Positions 47,710 through 57,453 of a stretch of DNA of 64,000 bases are shown piece after piece (position 1 is the first letter of the stretch; each line of letters opens with the position of its first letter). The stretch comes from Betaproteobacteria bacterium (GTDB taxonomy: Bacteria > Pseudomonadota > Gammaproteobacteria > Burkholderiales > Burkholderiaceae_C). Location: positions 2,369-66,368 of the forward strand of contig JANMJI010000021.1 of assembly GCA_031371275.1 (NCBI GenBank), read 5' to 3'. The notes under the pieces were generated by a model. It worked only from the letters and a program-made list of their open reading frames with translations, was not told the DNA's origin and made no database searches. Both the position numbers and the translations under genes were made by a program.

Positions 47710-47824
47710 ATGGGCAAAGATGGTACGTCGCGGCGCCGCTTTCGCCTGTGCGCAAGCCTGTGGAAATCATGCCGCCAAACTGTGGGCAGCGCGGGACAAC
47801 TGCAAATGCCGATCGCAAATAACG

Positions 47825-47846
47825 AAGGCCGGCAAGTGCCGGCCTT
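47825..47846 (-). terminator. Terminator hairpin after rplI
   Basis: AAGGCCGGCA-AG-TGCCGGCCTT with T-rich tails on both sides. Confidence 0.75.
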
Positions 47847-47867
47847 TTCTTGCAAACCCAAAGGCGT

Positions 47868-48320
47868 TCAGTCGACCTGCGGCACCACCTGCACGGCGAT
47901 CTCAACCACCACGTCGTGGTGCAGCGCCACCGACACGGGGTGCTCGCCCACCGTCTTCAGCGGGCCGTTGGGCAGGCGAATCTGGCTCTTCACCGTGGCC
48001 ATGCCTGACTTGGTCAAAGCCTCGGCAATGTCGGCGTTGGTGACACTGCCGAACAGCCGGCCATCGACCCCGGCCTTTTGCGCGATGCGCACGGTCTTGC
48101 CGGCCATCTTTTCGCCCAGGCCTTGGGCTTGTGCGAGCTTTGCGCCGGCGGCTTTTTCCAGCTCGGCGCGACGGCCTTCGAATTCCTTGATCGCGGTTTC
48201 GGTGGCGCGGCGCGCCAGTTTCTGCGGGATCAGGAAGTTGCGGGCGTAGCCCTGCTTGACCTTGACGACATCGCCCAGGTTGCCCAGCTTGCCCACCTTG
48301 TCAAGAAGAATGATTTGCAT
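47868..48320 (-). CDS. rplI: 50S ribosomal protein L9
   Basis: [32 protein letters not shown]. Confidence 0.98.
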   Translation of the reverse strand: MQIILLDKVGKLGNLGDVVKVKQGYARNFLIPQKLARRATETAIKEFEGRRAELEKAAGAKLAQAQGLGEKMAGKTVRIAQKAGVDGRLFGSVTNADIAEALTKSGMATVKSQIRLPNGPLKTVGEHPVSVALHHDVVVEIAVQVVPQVD

Positions 48321-48330
48321 GGCGGGCTCC

Positions 48331-48621
48331 TCAAACCTTGTGCTGGTCGGAATACGGCAGCAGTGCGAGGAAGCGCGCACGCTTGATCGCGGTCGTCAAT
48401 TGCCGTTGATAGAAAGCACGCGTGCCGGTCAGGCGGGCCGGCGTGATCTTGCCGTTCTCACCGATGAAATCGCGCAACACGTCGATTTCCTTGTAGTCGA
48501 TCTCTTCGACCTTGGCCACCGTGAAGCGGCAGAAACGCTTGCGGCGGAACAGCAAAGACTGGTTGTTGCGCTTGGGGCGCTTGTCTTTGGAAAAACGACC
48601 TTTACCACGAGGTGGGGGCAT
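48331..48621 (-). CDS. rpsR: 30S ribosomal protein S18
   Basis: [35 protein letters not shown]. Confidence 0.98.
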   Translation of the reverse strand: MPPPRGKGRFSKDKRPKRNNQSLLFRRKRFCRFTVAKVEEIDYKEIDVLRDFIGENGKITPARLTGTRAFYQRQLTTAIKRARFLALLPYSDQHKV

Positions 48622-48629
48622 AGCGGCTC

Positions 48630-48956
48630 CTACTTGAATTCAATTGCAGTTGATCCGGATCCGGCTGAGTTTGCGGGCTCAACCGAGGTGATGTGGAACA
48701 GCAAACCGCGACCATTGCGTGCGCTGGTGACGAAGCCTGCATACAGGCCAGCGCTGCCCAGCTCTGCGGCCAGCAAACCGCGTGTCACCGCCCCTATCGC
48801 CAGCGCGCGCATTTCCATTGAAACCTTGCGCGGCTGGCCGTCTTCGCTGACCTCGGATTCGTGCTTCAAGCCCAGATCCAAGGCCGGCAAACCGGCGGGG
48901 GTGTAACGCAGTGCTGCCCGCTCTACCAGCGTAGCCGACAAGATGAGTCTGTTCAA
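48630..48956 (-). CDS. priB: Primosomal replication protein PriB
   Basis: TTG start, [16 protein letters not shown]. Sits in the canonical rpsF-priB-rpsR-rplI operon. Confidence 0.92.
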   Translation of the reverse strand: MNRLILSATLVERAALRYTPAGLPALDLGLKHESEVSEDGQPRKVSMEMRALAIGAVTRGLLAAELGSAGLYAGFVTSARNGRGLLFHITSVEPANSAGSGSTAIEFK

Positions 48957-48998
48957 TTCAGCGCTTCATCGCGGCACGCTGGCAACACGCAGGCAGCT

Positions 48999-49361
48999 TC
49001 AGGCCGTTGCCTCCTGGCGTTCCTTGCGGGCTTCTTCGCGCTCGACGGCCTTCATCATGATGGACGGCGTGATTTCGGCCTTGGTCTTCCCCACCGTCAG
49101 GTGGCGCAGCACGGCGTCATTGAAACGGAAGCCGGTTTCGATCTCGGTCAGCGTTTCATTGCTGCACTCGATGTTCAGACACAGGTAGTGCGCCTTCACC
49201 AGTTTCTGAATCATGTAGGCCAACTGGCGCCGGCCCCAATCTTCGACGCGGTGCAGCTTGCCGCCGCTGGCCGCGACCATCACCTTGTAGCGTTCCAGCA
49301 TGGCTGGAACCTGTTCGCTTTGATCCGGATGGATCAGCAGAACGATCTCATAGTGACGCAT
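48999..49361 (-). CDS. rpsF: 30S ribosomal protein S6
   Basis: [39 protein letters not shown]. Confidence 0.98.
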   Translation of the reverse strand: MRHYEIVLLIHPDQSEQVPAMLERYKVMVAASGGKLHRVEDWGRRQLAYMIQKLVKAHYLCLNIECSNETLTEIETGFRFNDAVLRHLTVGKTKAEITPSIMMKAVEREEARKERQEATA

Positions 49362-49484
49362 GAATAACTCCTTGTGGATTCCGGGCTGGCAGATTGCGCA
49401 GGGCGCAATTTGAAGCTCGAGGTTGGAAGCTGCCCCGATGCGTCAACATGACGGGTGCAGCAAGGAAAGCTTATAAGTATAGCA
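49362..49484 (-). promoter_or_regulatory. rpsF promoter (extended -10 TGC-TATACT at 49476-49484) and about 105-nt leader, probable site of S6:S18 autoregulation
   Basis: The promoter elements are visible. The leader-RNA assignment rests on position only; the structure was not verified. Confidence 0.45.
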
Positions 49485-49490
49485 GCGCAC

Positions 49491-51584
49491 CTACCTTTCA
49501 CCTGGCGCCGGGTAGCGCATGCGGTCGATCAGCGCCAGTTGCTCGTCGCTGGGCGGCGCGGTATGCCAACTCACCAGCACCATCACCAACAGCCCCGCAG
49601 GCACCGCAAACACGCCCGCAGCAATGGGCTCCACACCCCACCATTGAAAGTCGGCCAACGGCCGTGTCACGCCCAGCAGCGTGCGCAAAAACGGCAGGTT
49701 GGTGGCCATGTACCAGCCACACACGGCCAGCCCGGTGAGCATGCCCGCCACCGCCCCTGGGCGGTTGGCGCGGCGCCAGAAAATGCCCAGCACCAGCGCC
49801 GGAAAGAAGGCCGCCGCCGCGAGTGAAAACGCGGCCGAGACAAACTGCAGGATGTCGGTGATCTTCAGCGCCGCGAACGAGGCCGCAAGCAGCGCTGTGA
49901 CCATCACCAGCACCTTCGAGGCAATGACCCGCCCGGCGGCGCTGGCGCGTGGGTTGATGACGCGGTAGTAGATGTCGTGCGACAGCGCGTTGGCAATCGT
50001 CAGTAGCAAGCCGTCGGCGGTGGACAGCGCCGCGGCCAGGCCACCGGCGGCCACCAGGCAGGTCACCCAATAGGGCAGGCCGCCGATCTCTGGCGCGGCC
50101 AGCACGATGACATCGCTGGCCAGGCTCAACTCGCCCAGTTGCAGCAGGCCGTCGCCATTCATGTCGCGCACCGACACCAGGTTCGGGTCCAGCCGCGACC
50201 AGCGGTTCACCCATTGCGGCAGGTGGTCTATGGGCGTGCCCACCAGATGTTGCAAGACCTCGTACTTCACCAGCACGGCCAGTGCGGGTGCCGCCAGGTA
50301 CAGCAGCGTGATGAACAGCAGCGACCAGGCCACGCTGCGCCGCGCCTGTGAAGCCGATGGCGTGGTGTAGTAGCGCGTCAACACATGGGGCATGGCGGCC
50401 GTGCCCATCATCAGGCACAGCATCAGCGCGATGAAGTTGATACGTGCGCCGTCGAAGCGCTGGCGCGAAGCGGCGTCGCCGGCCGGGTCGCCGGTGGCGA
50501 AAGGCAAGGTCTGCGGCGCCATGCCGGCCAGCGGCTGGGCGTGCAAGAGGGCCGCGTCGCGTTCACGCGTGTAGAGCAGGCGCGCCTGGGCTTCTGTGCG
50601 TGGGCGCTGCGTGTATTCGCGCTCTGCGCGCTGGATACGCGCCAGCGGGGCGTTGTCGGCGCGCAGGCTGGCCACGCGCTGGGCCCGCTGCGCTTCATCG
50701 CGGGCCATCGCGCCGCGCACGTCCAGCAGTTTTCGCTCGGCATCGGCGGCATGCTCGCGCCAGCGCTGCACCACCTCGCGCTCGGCCGGGTCTTGCGCCA
50801 GTTGCCGTTCGCGCTGGGCAATCTGCGCCAGTTGCGTGCTGTAGGACACCATCGGCATGTAGCTGCCGGTCTGCTTGGCCGACAGCCACATCAGTGGCAC
50901 CAGGTAGGCCACGATGAGCACCAGGTACTGCGCCACCTGCGTCCACGTCACCGCGCGCATGCCGCCCAAAAACGAACACACCAGCACGCCGCCCAGGCCG
51001 ACAAAGATGCCGAGCTCGAAGCTGAAGCCGGTGAGGTGCGAAGTGATGAGCCCGACGCCGTAAATCTGCACCACCACATAGACAAAAGACACGGCCACCG
51101 CAGCACCCGCGCCTATCACCCGCGGCAGCGTGCCGCCGTAGCGTGCGCCCAGGAAATCAGGCACCGTGTATTGGCCAAAGCGGCGCAGGTAGGGCGCCAA
51201 CAAGAGAGCGAGCAAACAGTAGCCGCCGGTCCAGCCCAGGATGTAAGCCAGGCCCGCAAAGCCCTGCAGGTACAGCACGCCGGCGGTGCCGATGAACGAA
51301 GCCGCCGACATCCAGTCGGCCGCTGTGGCCAGACCGTTGTACATCGCCGGTACGCGCCGGCCAGCGACGAAATACTCGACCTCGTTGGAGGTGCGGCACA
51401 AAAAGCCGATGCCCGCGTAGACCGCCACCGTCAACACCAGAAAGGCCGCGCCTATCCACGAACGCGGCAGGCCGGCGCGGTCGGCCCAGGCCAGCAGCGC
51501 AATGAGCACGCCAAAGGCCGCCAGGAACAGGGCATAGCGCCGCGCCAGCAGCAGCGAAAATGCGCGGGCGGCGGCTGCGCTCAC
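49491..51584 (-). CDS. Sodium:solute symporter (ActP-related, VC_2705-type)
   Basis: EYFVAGR, NGLATAADWMSAASF, GGMRAVTWTQVAQY, GTAAMPHVLTRYYT, AALSTADGLLL. Contains a long helical insertion. Confidence 0.92.
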   Translation of the reverse strand: MSAAAARAFSLLLARRYALFLAAFGVLIALLAWADRAGLPRSWIGAAFLVLTVAVYAGIGFLCRTSNEVEYFVAGRRVPAMYNGLATAADWMSAASFIGTAGVLYLQGFAGLAYILGWTGGYCLLALLLAPYLRRFGQYTVPDFLGARYGGTLPRVIGAGAAVAVSFVYVVVQIYGVGLITSHLTGFSFELGIFVGLGGVLVCSFLGGMRAVTWTQVAQYLVLIVAYLVPLMWLSAKQTGSYMPMVSYSTQLAQIAQRERQLAQDPAEREVVQRWREHAADAERKLLDVRGAMARDEAQRAQRVASLRADNAPLARIQRAEREYTQRPRTEAQARLLYTRERDAALLHAQPLAGMAPQTLPFATGDPAGDAASRQRFDGARINFIALMLCLMMGTAAMPHVLTRYYTTPSASQARRSVAWSLLFITLLYLAAPALAVLVKYEVLQHLVGTPIDHLPQWVNRWSRLDPNLVSVRDMNGDGLLQLGELSLASDVIVLAAPEIGGLPYWVTCLVAAGGLAAALSTADGLLLTIANALSHDIYYRVINPRASAAGRVIASKVLVMVTALLAASFAALKITDILQFVSAAFSLAAAAFFPALVLGIFWRRANRPGAVAGMLTGLAVCGWYMATNLPFLRTLLGVTRPLADFQWWGVEPIAAGVFAVPAGLLVMVLVSWHTAPPSDEQLALIDRMRYPAPGER

Positions 51585-51877
51585 ACCGGGCCCGGGCCGG
51601 CTTCCTCGGCGCTGGGCGCGGAGTCTTGCAACTGCGCTTCAAGACGGTCCATGGCCACGGCGTAGACCACGATGATCAACAGGTAGACCAGCAGCGCACC
51701 TTCGGCCGCCAGCCAATAGCCCAGCGGAAAGCCCCAGACCCGCAGCGTGTTCAGGTCGCGCGCAAACCACGGTACCAGCAGATTGACAACCAGCCAGGCC
51801 GCCAACAGGCCCAGCGTCAGCCGCCGCGTGTGCTGCCAGAACTTGCTGCGTGCGGCCGTTGGTGCGGGCAATTGCAT
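51581..51877 (-). CDS. DUF4212 small membrane subunit of the solute symporter
   Basis: FWQHTRRL, two TM helices, GFPLGYWLAAEG. 4-nt overlap with the symporter. Confidence 0.88.
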   Translation of the reverse strand: MQLPAPTAARSKFWQHTRRLTLGLLAAWLVVNLLVPWFARDLNTLRVWGFPLGYWLAAEGALLVYLLIIVVYAVAMDRLEAQLQDSAPSAEEAGPGPV

Positions 51878-52114
51878 GCGCAGATTCTGAACCACGCTTT
51901 GTGGGCCCAAAGCACCATCGGCCCCCTGCCGAAACCCCAGGCGCCGGGTTATCCATGACTGGGAAAACCCGTGCGCAACAGCTCTTTCTCGAATGAGACT
52001 GCGGCCTGTCAGCGTTTGGTCAGCGTGAATGAAAAGACTCGCAGCGTCCGTAGGCTGTCATCTTCGACAGTCTTTCATCGCCGCCTTTCACCGCACACTT
52101 CAGGAGACCGCAAC

Positions 52115-53800
52115 ATGGCCATGGCCGAAGCCCGAAAAGGGGCACACCTTACTGCCGCCGCGCGACCGATGACCGCCGAGGAGAAGAAAGTCATCTTCGC
52201 CTCTTCCCTGGGCACCGTGTTCGAGTGGTACGACTTTTATCTGTTTGGTGTGCTGTCGGCCTTCATGGCCGCCAACTTCTTCACCGCGCTCGACCCGGCC
52301 ACGCGCGACATCTTCACCTTGCTGGCTTTTGCAGCCGGCTTCGCGGTGCGGCCTTTTGGCGCCATCATCTTCGGCCGCCTGGGTGACCTGGTGGGCCGCA
52401 AGTACACCTTCCTGATCACGATCCTGATCATGGGCTTGTCCACCTTTCTGGTGGCCTTCCTGCCGACCTACGCCACCTGGGGTATTGCAGCGCCCATCGC
52501 GTTGATCGCATTGCGCCTGCTGCAAGGTCTTGCATTGGGCGGTGAGTACGGCGGTGCAGCCACCTACGTGGCCGAACACGCGCCGCACAAAAAGCGTGGC
52601 GCCTACACGTCCTGGATTCAGGCCACCGCCACGGTCGGCCTGATGCTGGCATTGATGGTCATTCTGGGCACGCGCCTGACCCTCGGCGAGAAGGAATTTG
52701 CCGCCTGGGGCTGGCGCATTCCGTACGCGATGTCGGGCATCTTGCTGGCCGTGTCGGTGTGGATTCGCCTGAAGCTGAGCGAGTCGCCTGCCTTTGTGCG
52801 CATGAAGGCCGAGGGCAAGACCTCGAAGGCACCGTTGACGGACTCCTTCGGCCAATGGTCGAACATGAAGATTGTCATCCTGGCGCTGCTCGGCGGCACT
52901 GCCGGCCAGGCCGTGGTCTGGTACACGGGCCAGTTCTACACGCTGTTCTTCCTGCAGACTTTCCTGAAGGTGGACGGGCCGACGGCCAACATCCTGATCG
53001 CCATTTCGCTGATCATCGGCACGCCGTTTTTCATCATCTTCGGTTCGCTGTCAGACAAGATCGGCCGCAAGCCCATCATCATGGCCGGCTGCCTGCTGGC
53101 GGTGTTGACCTACTTCCCGCTGTTCCACGCGCTCACCGACTACGCCAACCCCAAGCTGGCGGCGGCGATCAACAAGTCGCCCGTAACCGTCGTTGCGAAC
53201 GAAGGCGACTGCGGCCTGCTGCTCAACCTGACCGGCACCAAAGTTTTCACACGCGCCTGCGACGTGACCCGAAAATACCTCGCCGACTCTGGCGTCAACT
53301 ACAACAAGGTGGAAGGGCCGGCTGACGCAGTAGCCACGGTGAAGGTGGGCGATAAATCAGTCGCGGGCTACGCGCTGGGACAGCCCAATTCGAAGGACGA
53401 GAAAGCGCGCTTCGAGAAGGAAGTGCGCGCCGCGCTGAACGAAGCTGGCTACCCCGCCAAGGCCGACCCGATCCCAGCGGGCAGCGCCAACTGGTGGATG
53501 ATCATCGTCATCCTGACGATCATGGTGATCTACGTGACGATGGTCTATGGCCCGATTGCGGCGATGCTGGTCGAGTTCTTCCCGACCAAGATTCGCTATA
53601 CGTCGATGAGCCTGCCCTACCACATCGGCAACGGCTGGTTCGGTGGCTTCCTGCCGGCCATTTCGTTCTCGATCGTCGCCGCGCAAGGCAACATCTACAG
53701 CGGCCTGTGGTACCCGATCGTCATCGCCAGCATGACCTTCGTCATCGGCATGTTGTTCGTGAAGGAAACCAAGGACGTCGACATCTACGCGGCCGACTGA
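52115..53800 (+). CDS. MFS transporter, metabolite:H+ symporter (MHS) family
   Basis: SSLGTVFEWYDF, RPFGAIIFGRLGDLVGRK, GGEYGGA, SDKIGRK, EFFPTKIRY. RBS CAGGAG. Confidence 0.95.
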   Translation: MAMAEARKGAHLTAAARPMTAEEKKVIFASSLGTVFEWYDFYLFGVLSAFMAANFFTALDPATRDIFTLLAFAAGFAVRPFGAIIFGRLGDLVGRKYTFLITILIMGLSTFLVAFLPTYATWGIAAPIALIALRLLQGLALGGEYGGAATYVAEHAPHKKRGAYTSWIQATATVGLMLALMVILGTRLTLGEKEFAAWGWRIPYAMSGILLAVSVWIRLKLSESPAFVRMKAEGKTSKAPLTDSFGQWSNMKIVILALLGGTAGQAVVWYTGQFYTLFFLQTFLKVDGPTANILIAISLIIGTPFFIIFGSLSDKIGRKPIIMAGCLLAVLTYFPLFHALTDYANPKLAAAINKSPVTVVANEGDCGLLLNLTGTKVFTRACDVTRKYLADSGVNYNKVEGPADAVATVKVGDKSVAGYALGQPNSKDEKARFEKEVRAALNEAGYPAKADPIPAGSANWWMIIVILTIMVIYVTMVYGPIAAMLVEFFPTKIRYTSMSLPYHIGNGWFGGFLPAISFSIVAAQGNIYSGLWYPIVIASMTFVIGMLFVKETKDVDIYAAD

Positions 53801-53804
53801 AACA

Positions 53805-53850
53805 CGGCCGCGCTGGCCTGGCCGCCAACGCGGCCGGGCTAGCGCGGCCG
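53805..53850. other. 21-bp GC-rich hairpin immediately after the MFS stop codon
   Basis: CGGCCGCGCTGGCCTGGCCGC-CAAC-GCGGCCGGGCTAGCGCGGCCG. Two G-U pairs, no U tract. Confidence 0.75.
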
Positions 53851-53888
53851 GTGCAGTGCCTGCGGGCGACTGTGCCCCGGGCGCGAAT

Positions 53889-53930
53889 GCAGGCACAGGC
53901 GAAGGCACAGGCACAGGTGCAATCCCAGGC
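53889..53930. repeat. Hexanucleotide microsatellite (NNAGGC) x~6
   Basis: GCAGGC ACAGGC GAAGGC ACAGGC ACAGGT GCAATC CCAGGC. Confidence 0.65.
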
Positions 53931-53964
53931 CGTATCTGCGTGACCCGAACTTTAGAAAATACCT

Positions 53965-54114
53965 ATGTGGAAATTGCTTGTTGGCTTTGCGGTGTTTGCC
54001 GCGCTGGCGCTGTACGTGCTTACCAAGTCAGGCGGTGATATTGACCTGGGTGGCGAGAAACACGAGGTCGCACCGGCGGCTGTTGAGCCGTCAGCGTCGG
54101 CCGCTTCAAAATAA
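53965..54114 (+). CDS. Small single-pass membrane protein (49 aa), below the ORF-track cutoff
   Basis: MWKLLVGFAVFAALALYVLTKSGGDIDLGGEKHEVAPAAVEPSASAASK*. One N-terminal TM helix; fills an otherwise empty gap. Confidence 0.7.
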   Translation: MWKLLVGFAVFAALALYVLTKSGGDIDLGGEKHEVAPAAVEPSASAASK

Positions 54115-54130
54115 ACACCAGCGCGGCTGT

Positions 54131-54655
54131 TCAGCCCAGCGTTTGCCGCACCTGGGCTTCGAAGCGACGGGCCTTGTCTGGCCCTGCGCCCTTGGCCAGG
54201 CCTTTGACGAAATCAGGCAGCAGCAGCCGCAGATCAGCGCAGGTGCTGGCCTTTTCCAATTTCAGTGTGAAGAAGAAGGCGCGCAGGCCCAGCGCGTCGA
54301 CAGTGGTGTCATTCATGAACTTCTGCGCGGCGCGGAAGCGTTCGGCTTCGGTGCTGGGCAACTCGACATCTGGCAGGCTCAGCCCGGCCGCGGCCGCGGC
54401 CACGTTCACGGTCAGGGATGCGGGCGCAGGCGAAGGTGCAAGGGGACGTGCTTCCACCAAGCCCCTGTGCAGCAGCGTGCCCAGGAAGTCGGCCGGCGCA
54501 CCCAGCGTGGTCGCGGCTGCGTGTAGCTGTGCGGCGGTGCGCGTGCCGTCGACCATGATGAGCATGGTGCGCAGCCGCGGCGGCAGCGCGAGCGAACGCA
54601 GCTTGACCTCGTCGGCGCCGGCCGCCGTCTTGACGTAAACCTCGTTGTTGGTCAT
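54131..54655 (-). CDS. Conserved hypothetical protein (possible N-terminal winged-helix)
   Basis: KTAAGADEV..RSLALPPRLRTMLIMVDG, Pro/Ala linker, helical C-terminus (GLRAFFFTLKLEKA). Confidence 0.75.
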   Translation of the reverse strand: MTNNEVYVKTAAGADEVKLRSLALPPRLRTMLIMVDGTRTAAQLHAAATTLGAPADFLGTLLHRGLVEARPLAPSPAPASLTVNVAAAAAGLSLPDVELPSTEAERFRAAQKFMNDTTVDALGLRAFFFTLKLEKASTCADLRLLLPDFVKGLAKGAGPDKARRFEAQVRQTLG

Positions 54656-54810
54656 GGGCGTTGCGCTTGCAGCGTGCTGCCTGCATGCGGCTTGCACGCT
54701 GAAGGCAGGATTGAACGCGGCTCGGCGATGGACCATGGTACGCACCGACTGGAGCGCGCCAAGCCCGAAAAACGCCTACAAACAGGCGCTGTTTCTGGCC
54801 ACCGAGCCCT

Positions 54811-57246
54811 TCAGCGCGCGGCCAGTCTCTGCCAGGTTTCGATGACGCTGTCGGGGTTCAGCGATATCGACACGATGCCCTCGCCGGCCAGCCAATCGGC
54901 AAAGTCGGGGTGATCGCTCGGGCCTTGGCCGCAGATGCCCACGTACTTGCCGGTAGCGCGGCAGGCGGTGATGGCGCGCGAAATCAAAGCCTTGACCGCC
55001 GGGTCGCGTTCGTCAAAGTCACCGGCCAGTTGCTCCAGACCAGAATCGCGATCCAGGCCCAGGGTCAGCTGCGTCAGGTCATTGCTGCCAATGGACATGC
55101 CGTCGAAGTGTTCGAGGAACTGCTCGGCCAGGATGGCGTTGCTGGGCACCTCGCACATCATGATCAGGCGCAGGCCGTCGGTGCCGCGCGCCAGCCCGCG
55201 TTCGGCCAGCATGCGCGCCACCGTCGACGCCTGCTTCACGGTACGCACAAAGGGCACCATGATCTCGACGTTGGTCAGCCCCATCTCGCCGCGCACGCGC
55301 TTGAGCGCTTCGCATTCCATCGCAAAAGCATCGGCAAATTCACCGCTGATGTAGCGGCTGGCGCCGCGAAAACCCAGCATCGGGTTTTCTTCATCGGGCT
55401 CGTAACGGGTGCCGCCAATCAGCTTGCGGTACTCGTTGCTCTTGAAGTCAGACAGCCGCACGATCACCGTCTTGGGCCAGAAGGCCGCGGCGATGGTGGC
55501 AATGCCTTCGGTCAGCTTGTCGACATAGAAAGCCCGCGGCGATGCATGGCCACGCGCCACGCTTTCAACCGCCTTCTTCAGGTCGGCGTCGATGTTCGGG
55601 TAGTCGAGGATGGCCTTGGGGTGGACGCCGATGTTGTTGTTGATGATGAATTCGACGCGCGCCAGACCGACACCGCTGTTGGGCATTTGCGCGAAGTCAA
55701 AAGCCAGTTGCGGGTTGCCCACGTTCATCATGATCTTGATGGGGCAGTAAGGCATCTCGCCACGCACGACATCGCTGATCTCGGTTTCCAGCAGGCCGTC
55801 GTAGACATAGCCGGTGTCGCCCTCGGCACAGCTGACGGTGACCAGGGCACCTTCGGCCAGGTGCTCGGTGGCATCACCACAGCCCACGACAGCGGGAATG
55901 CCAAGTTCACGCGCGATGATGGCCGCGTGGCAGGTGCGCCCGCCGCGGTTGGTGACGATGGCCGAAGCGCGCTTCATCACCGGCTCCCAATTCGGGTCGG
56001 TCATGTCGGTGACGAGCACATCGCCGGGCTGCACACGGTCCATCTCGGCCGTGCTGCGCACCAGGCGCACAGGCCCCGTGCCGACCTTCTGGCCGATGGC
56101 GCGGCCTTCGGCCAGCAAGGTATTCTTGCTGCGGTCGCCCTTGATCTTGAAGCGCTGTTCCACCCTGCCCGCGGCTTGGCTCTTCACGGTCTCAGGCCGT
56201 GCCTGCAGGATGTAGATCTGGCCGTCGACACCGTCCTTGCCCCACTCGATGTCCATCGCCCGGCCGTAGTGCTTTTCGATGATCAGCGCGTACTTCGCCA
56301 GCTCTGTGACCTCGGCGTCGGTCAGTGAATAACGGTTGCGTTGCTCGGGCGGCGTGTTGATGGTCTGCACCAGCTTGCCGGTGGCCGCCTTGTCGGCGGC
56401 GCTTGCAAATTCCATGCGCTGCAGCTTGCTGCCCAGCACGCGGCGAATGACCGCGAACTTGCCGGTATTGAGGCCATGTTTGTGGACATAGAACTCGTCG
56501 GGGTTGACAGCGCCCTGCACCACCAGTTCACCCAGGCCGTAGCTGCTGGTGATGAAGACGACACCCGGGAAGCCCGATTCGGTGTCGATGGTGAACATCA
56601 CGCCGGCTGAGCCCAGGTCAGACCGCACCATGCGCTGCACGCCGGCCGACAAGGCGACATCGGCATGCGCAAAGCCCTTGTGTACGCGGTAGCTGATGGC
56701 ACGGTCGTTGTACAGCGAAGCGAAAACCTCCTTCATGCGGTGCAGCACGTCGTCAATGCCGGTGACGTTGAGGAAGGTCTCTTGCTGGCCGGCGAAAGAA
56801 GCGTCGGGCAAGTCTTCTGCGGTGGCCGATGAGCGCACCGCAAAGCTGGCTTCGGCGTCGCCGGCTGTGAGCAGCAAAAACTGCGCGCGGATGGCGGCTT
56901 CCAGCGCCGGTGGCAGTGGGGTGGCTATGATCCACCGGCGTATCAGCGCACCGGCTTCGGCCAGCGCCCGCACATCTTCAACGTTCAGCGTTTGCAGCTT
57001 GTCTTCGATGCGCGCTGCCAGCCCTTGATGGGCCAGGAATTCGCGGAAGGCGTGGGCCGTGGTGGCAAAGCCGCCCGGCACCCGTACACCCGTGGCAGCA
57101 AGCTGGCTGATCATCTCGCCAAGGCTGGCGTTCTTGCCGCCCACCGCCTCGACATCGGTCATTCGCAGTTGCTCGAGCGGGGCAACGAGGGCGGTCGCTA
57201 ACGGTGAATGGGCGCCCACGGTGGGCGCCAAGAGGGTTGAGGACAT
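54811..57246 (-). CDS. ppsA: Phosphoenolpyruvate synthase
   Basis: [31 protein letters not shown] (phospho-His), [21 protein letters not shown]. Confidence 0.98.
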   Translation of the reverse strand: MSSTLLAPTVGAHSPLATALVAPLEQLRMTDVEAVGGKNASLGEMISQLAATGVRVPGGFATTAHAFREFLAHQGLAARIEDKLQTLNVEDVRALAEAGALIRRWIIATPLPPALEAAIRAQFLLLTAGDAEASFAVRSSATAEDLPDASFAGQQETFLNVTGIDDVLHRMKEVFASLYNDRAISYRVHKGFAHADVALSAGVQRMVRSDLGSAGVMFTIDTESGFPGVVFITSSYGLGELVVQGAVNPDEFYVHKHGLNTGKFAVIRRVLGSKLQRMEFASAADKAATGKLVQTINTPPEQRNRYSLTDAEVTELAKYALIIEKHYGRAMDIEWGKDGVDGQIYILQARPETVKSQAAGRVEQRFKIKGDRSKNTLLAEGRAIGQKVGTGPVRLVRSTAEMDRVQPGDVLVTDMTDPNWEPVMKRASAIVTNRGGRTCHAAIIARELGIPAVVGCGDATEHLAEGALVTVSCAEGDTGYVYDGLLETEISDVVRGEMPYCPIKIMMNVGNPQLAFDFAQMPNSGVGLARVEFIINNNIGVHPKAILDYPNIDADLKKAVESVARGHASPRAFYVDKLTEGIATIAAAFWPKTVIVRLSDFKSNEYRKLIGGTRYEPDEENPMLGFRGASRYISGEFADAFAMECEALKRVRGEMGLTNVEIMVPFVRTVKQASTVARMLAERGLARGTDGLRLIMMCEVPSNAILAEQFLEHFDGMSIGSNDLTQLTLGLDRDSGLEQLAGDFDERDPAVKALISRAITACRATGKYVGICGQGPSDHPDFADWLAGEGIVSISLNPDSVIETWQRLAAR

Positions 57247-57453
57247 GGGAAAGCTCCGTGATGTGAAAAAATCGGTGCTTCCGCATGCTCGGCAACCGCT
57301 GCCCAGGCGCTGGCATTTTGTTCTTCGAAGGGCGAGGGCGAGGGCGTGGGCTTCAAGGCAGGGCCAGAGGGCGGAATATTACGGACGATTCTAAGGACTT
57401 CCTCCTTATGATGCCCGGCAAGCCAGCCCCGGCCTGCACCTGCATCACACGCC

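Noticed and set aside
48331-48621. S18 with basic N-terminal extension and no Zn-ribbon
   Set aside because: This is the usual betaproteobacterial form as far as I know, not a stress paralogue.
41742-51958. Replication origin suggested by DnaA boxes near dnaB/dnaK
   Set aside because: There is only one perfect box, with scattered degenerate ones (e.g. TTATCCATG near 51949). No clustered boxes, DUE or dnaA/gidA context are present.
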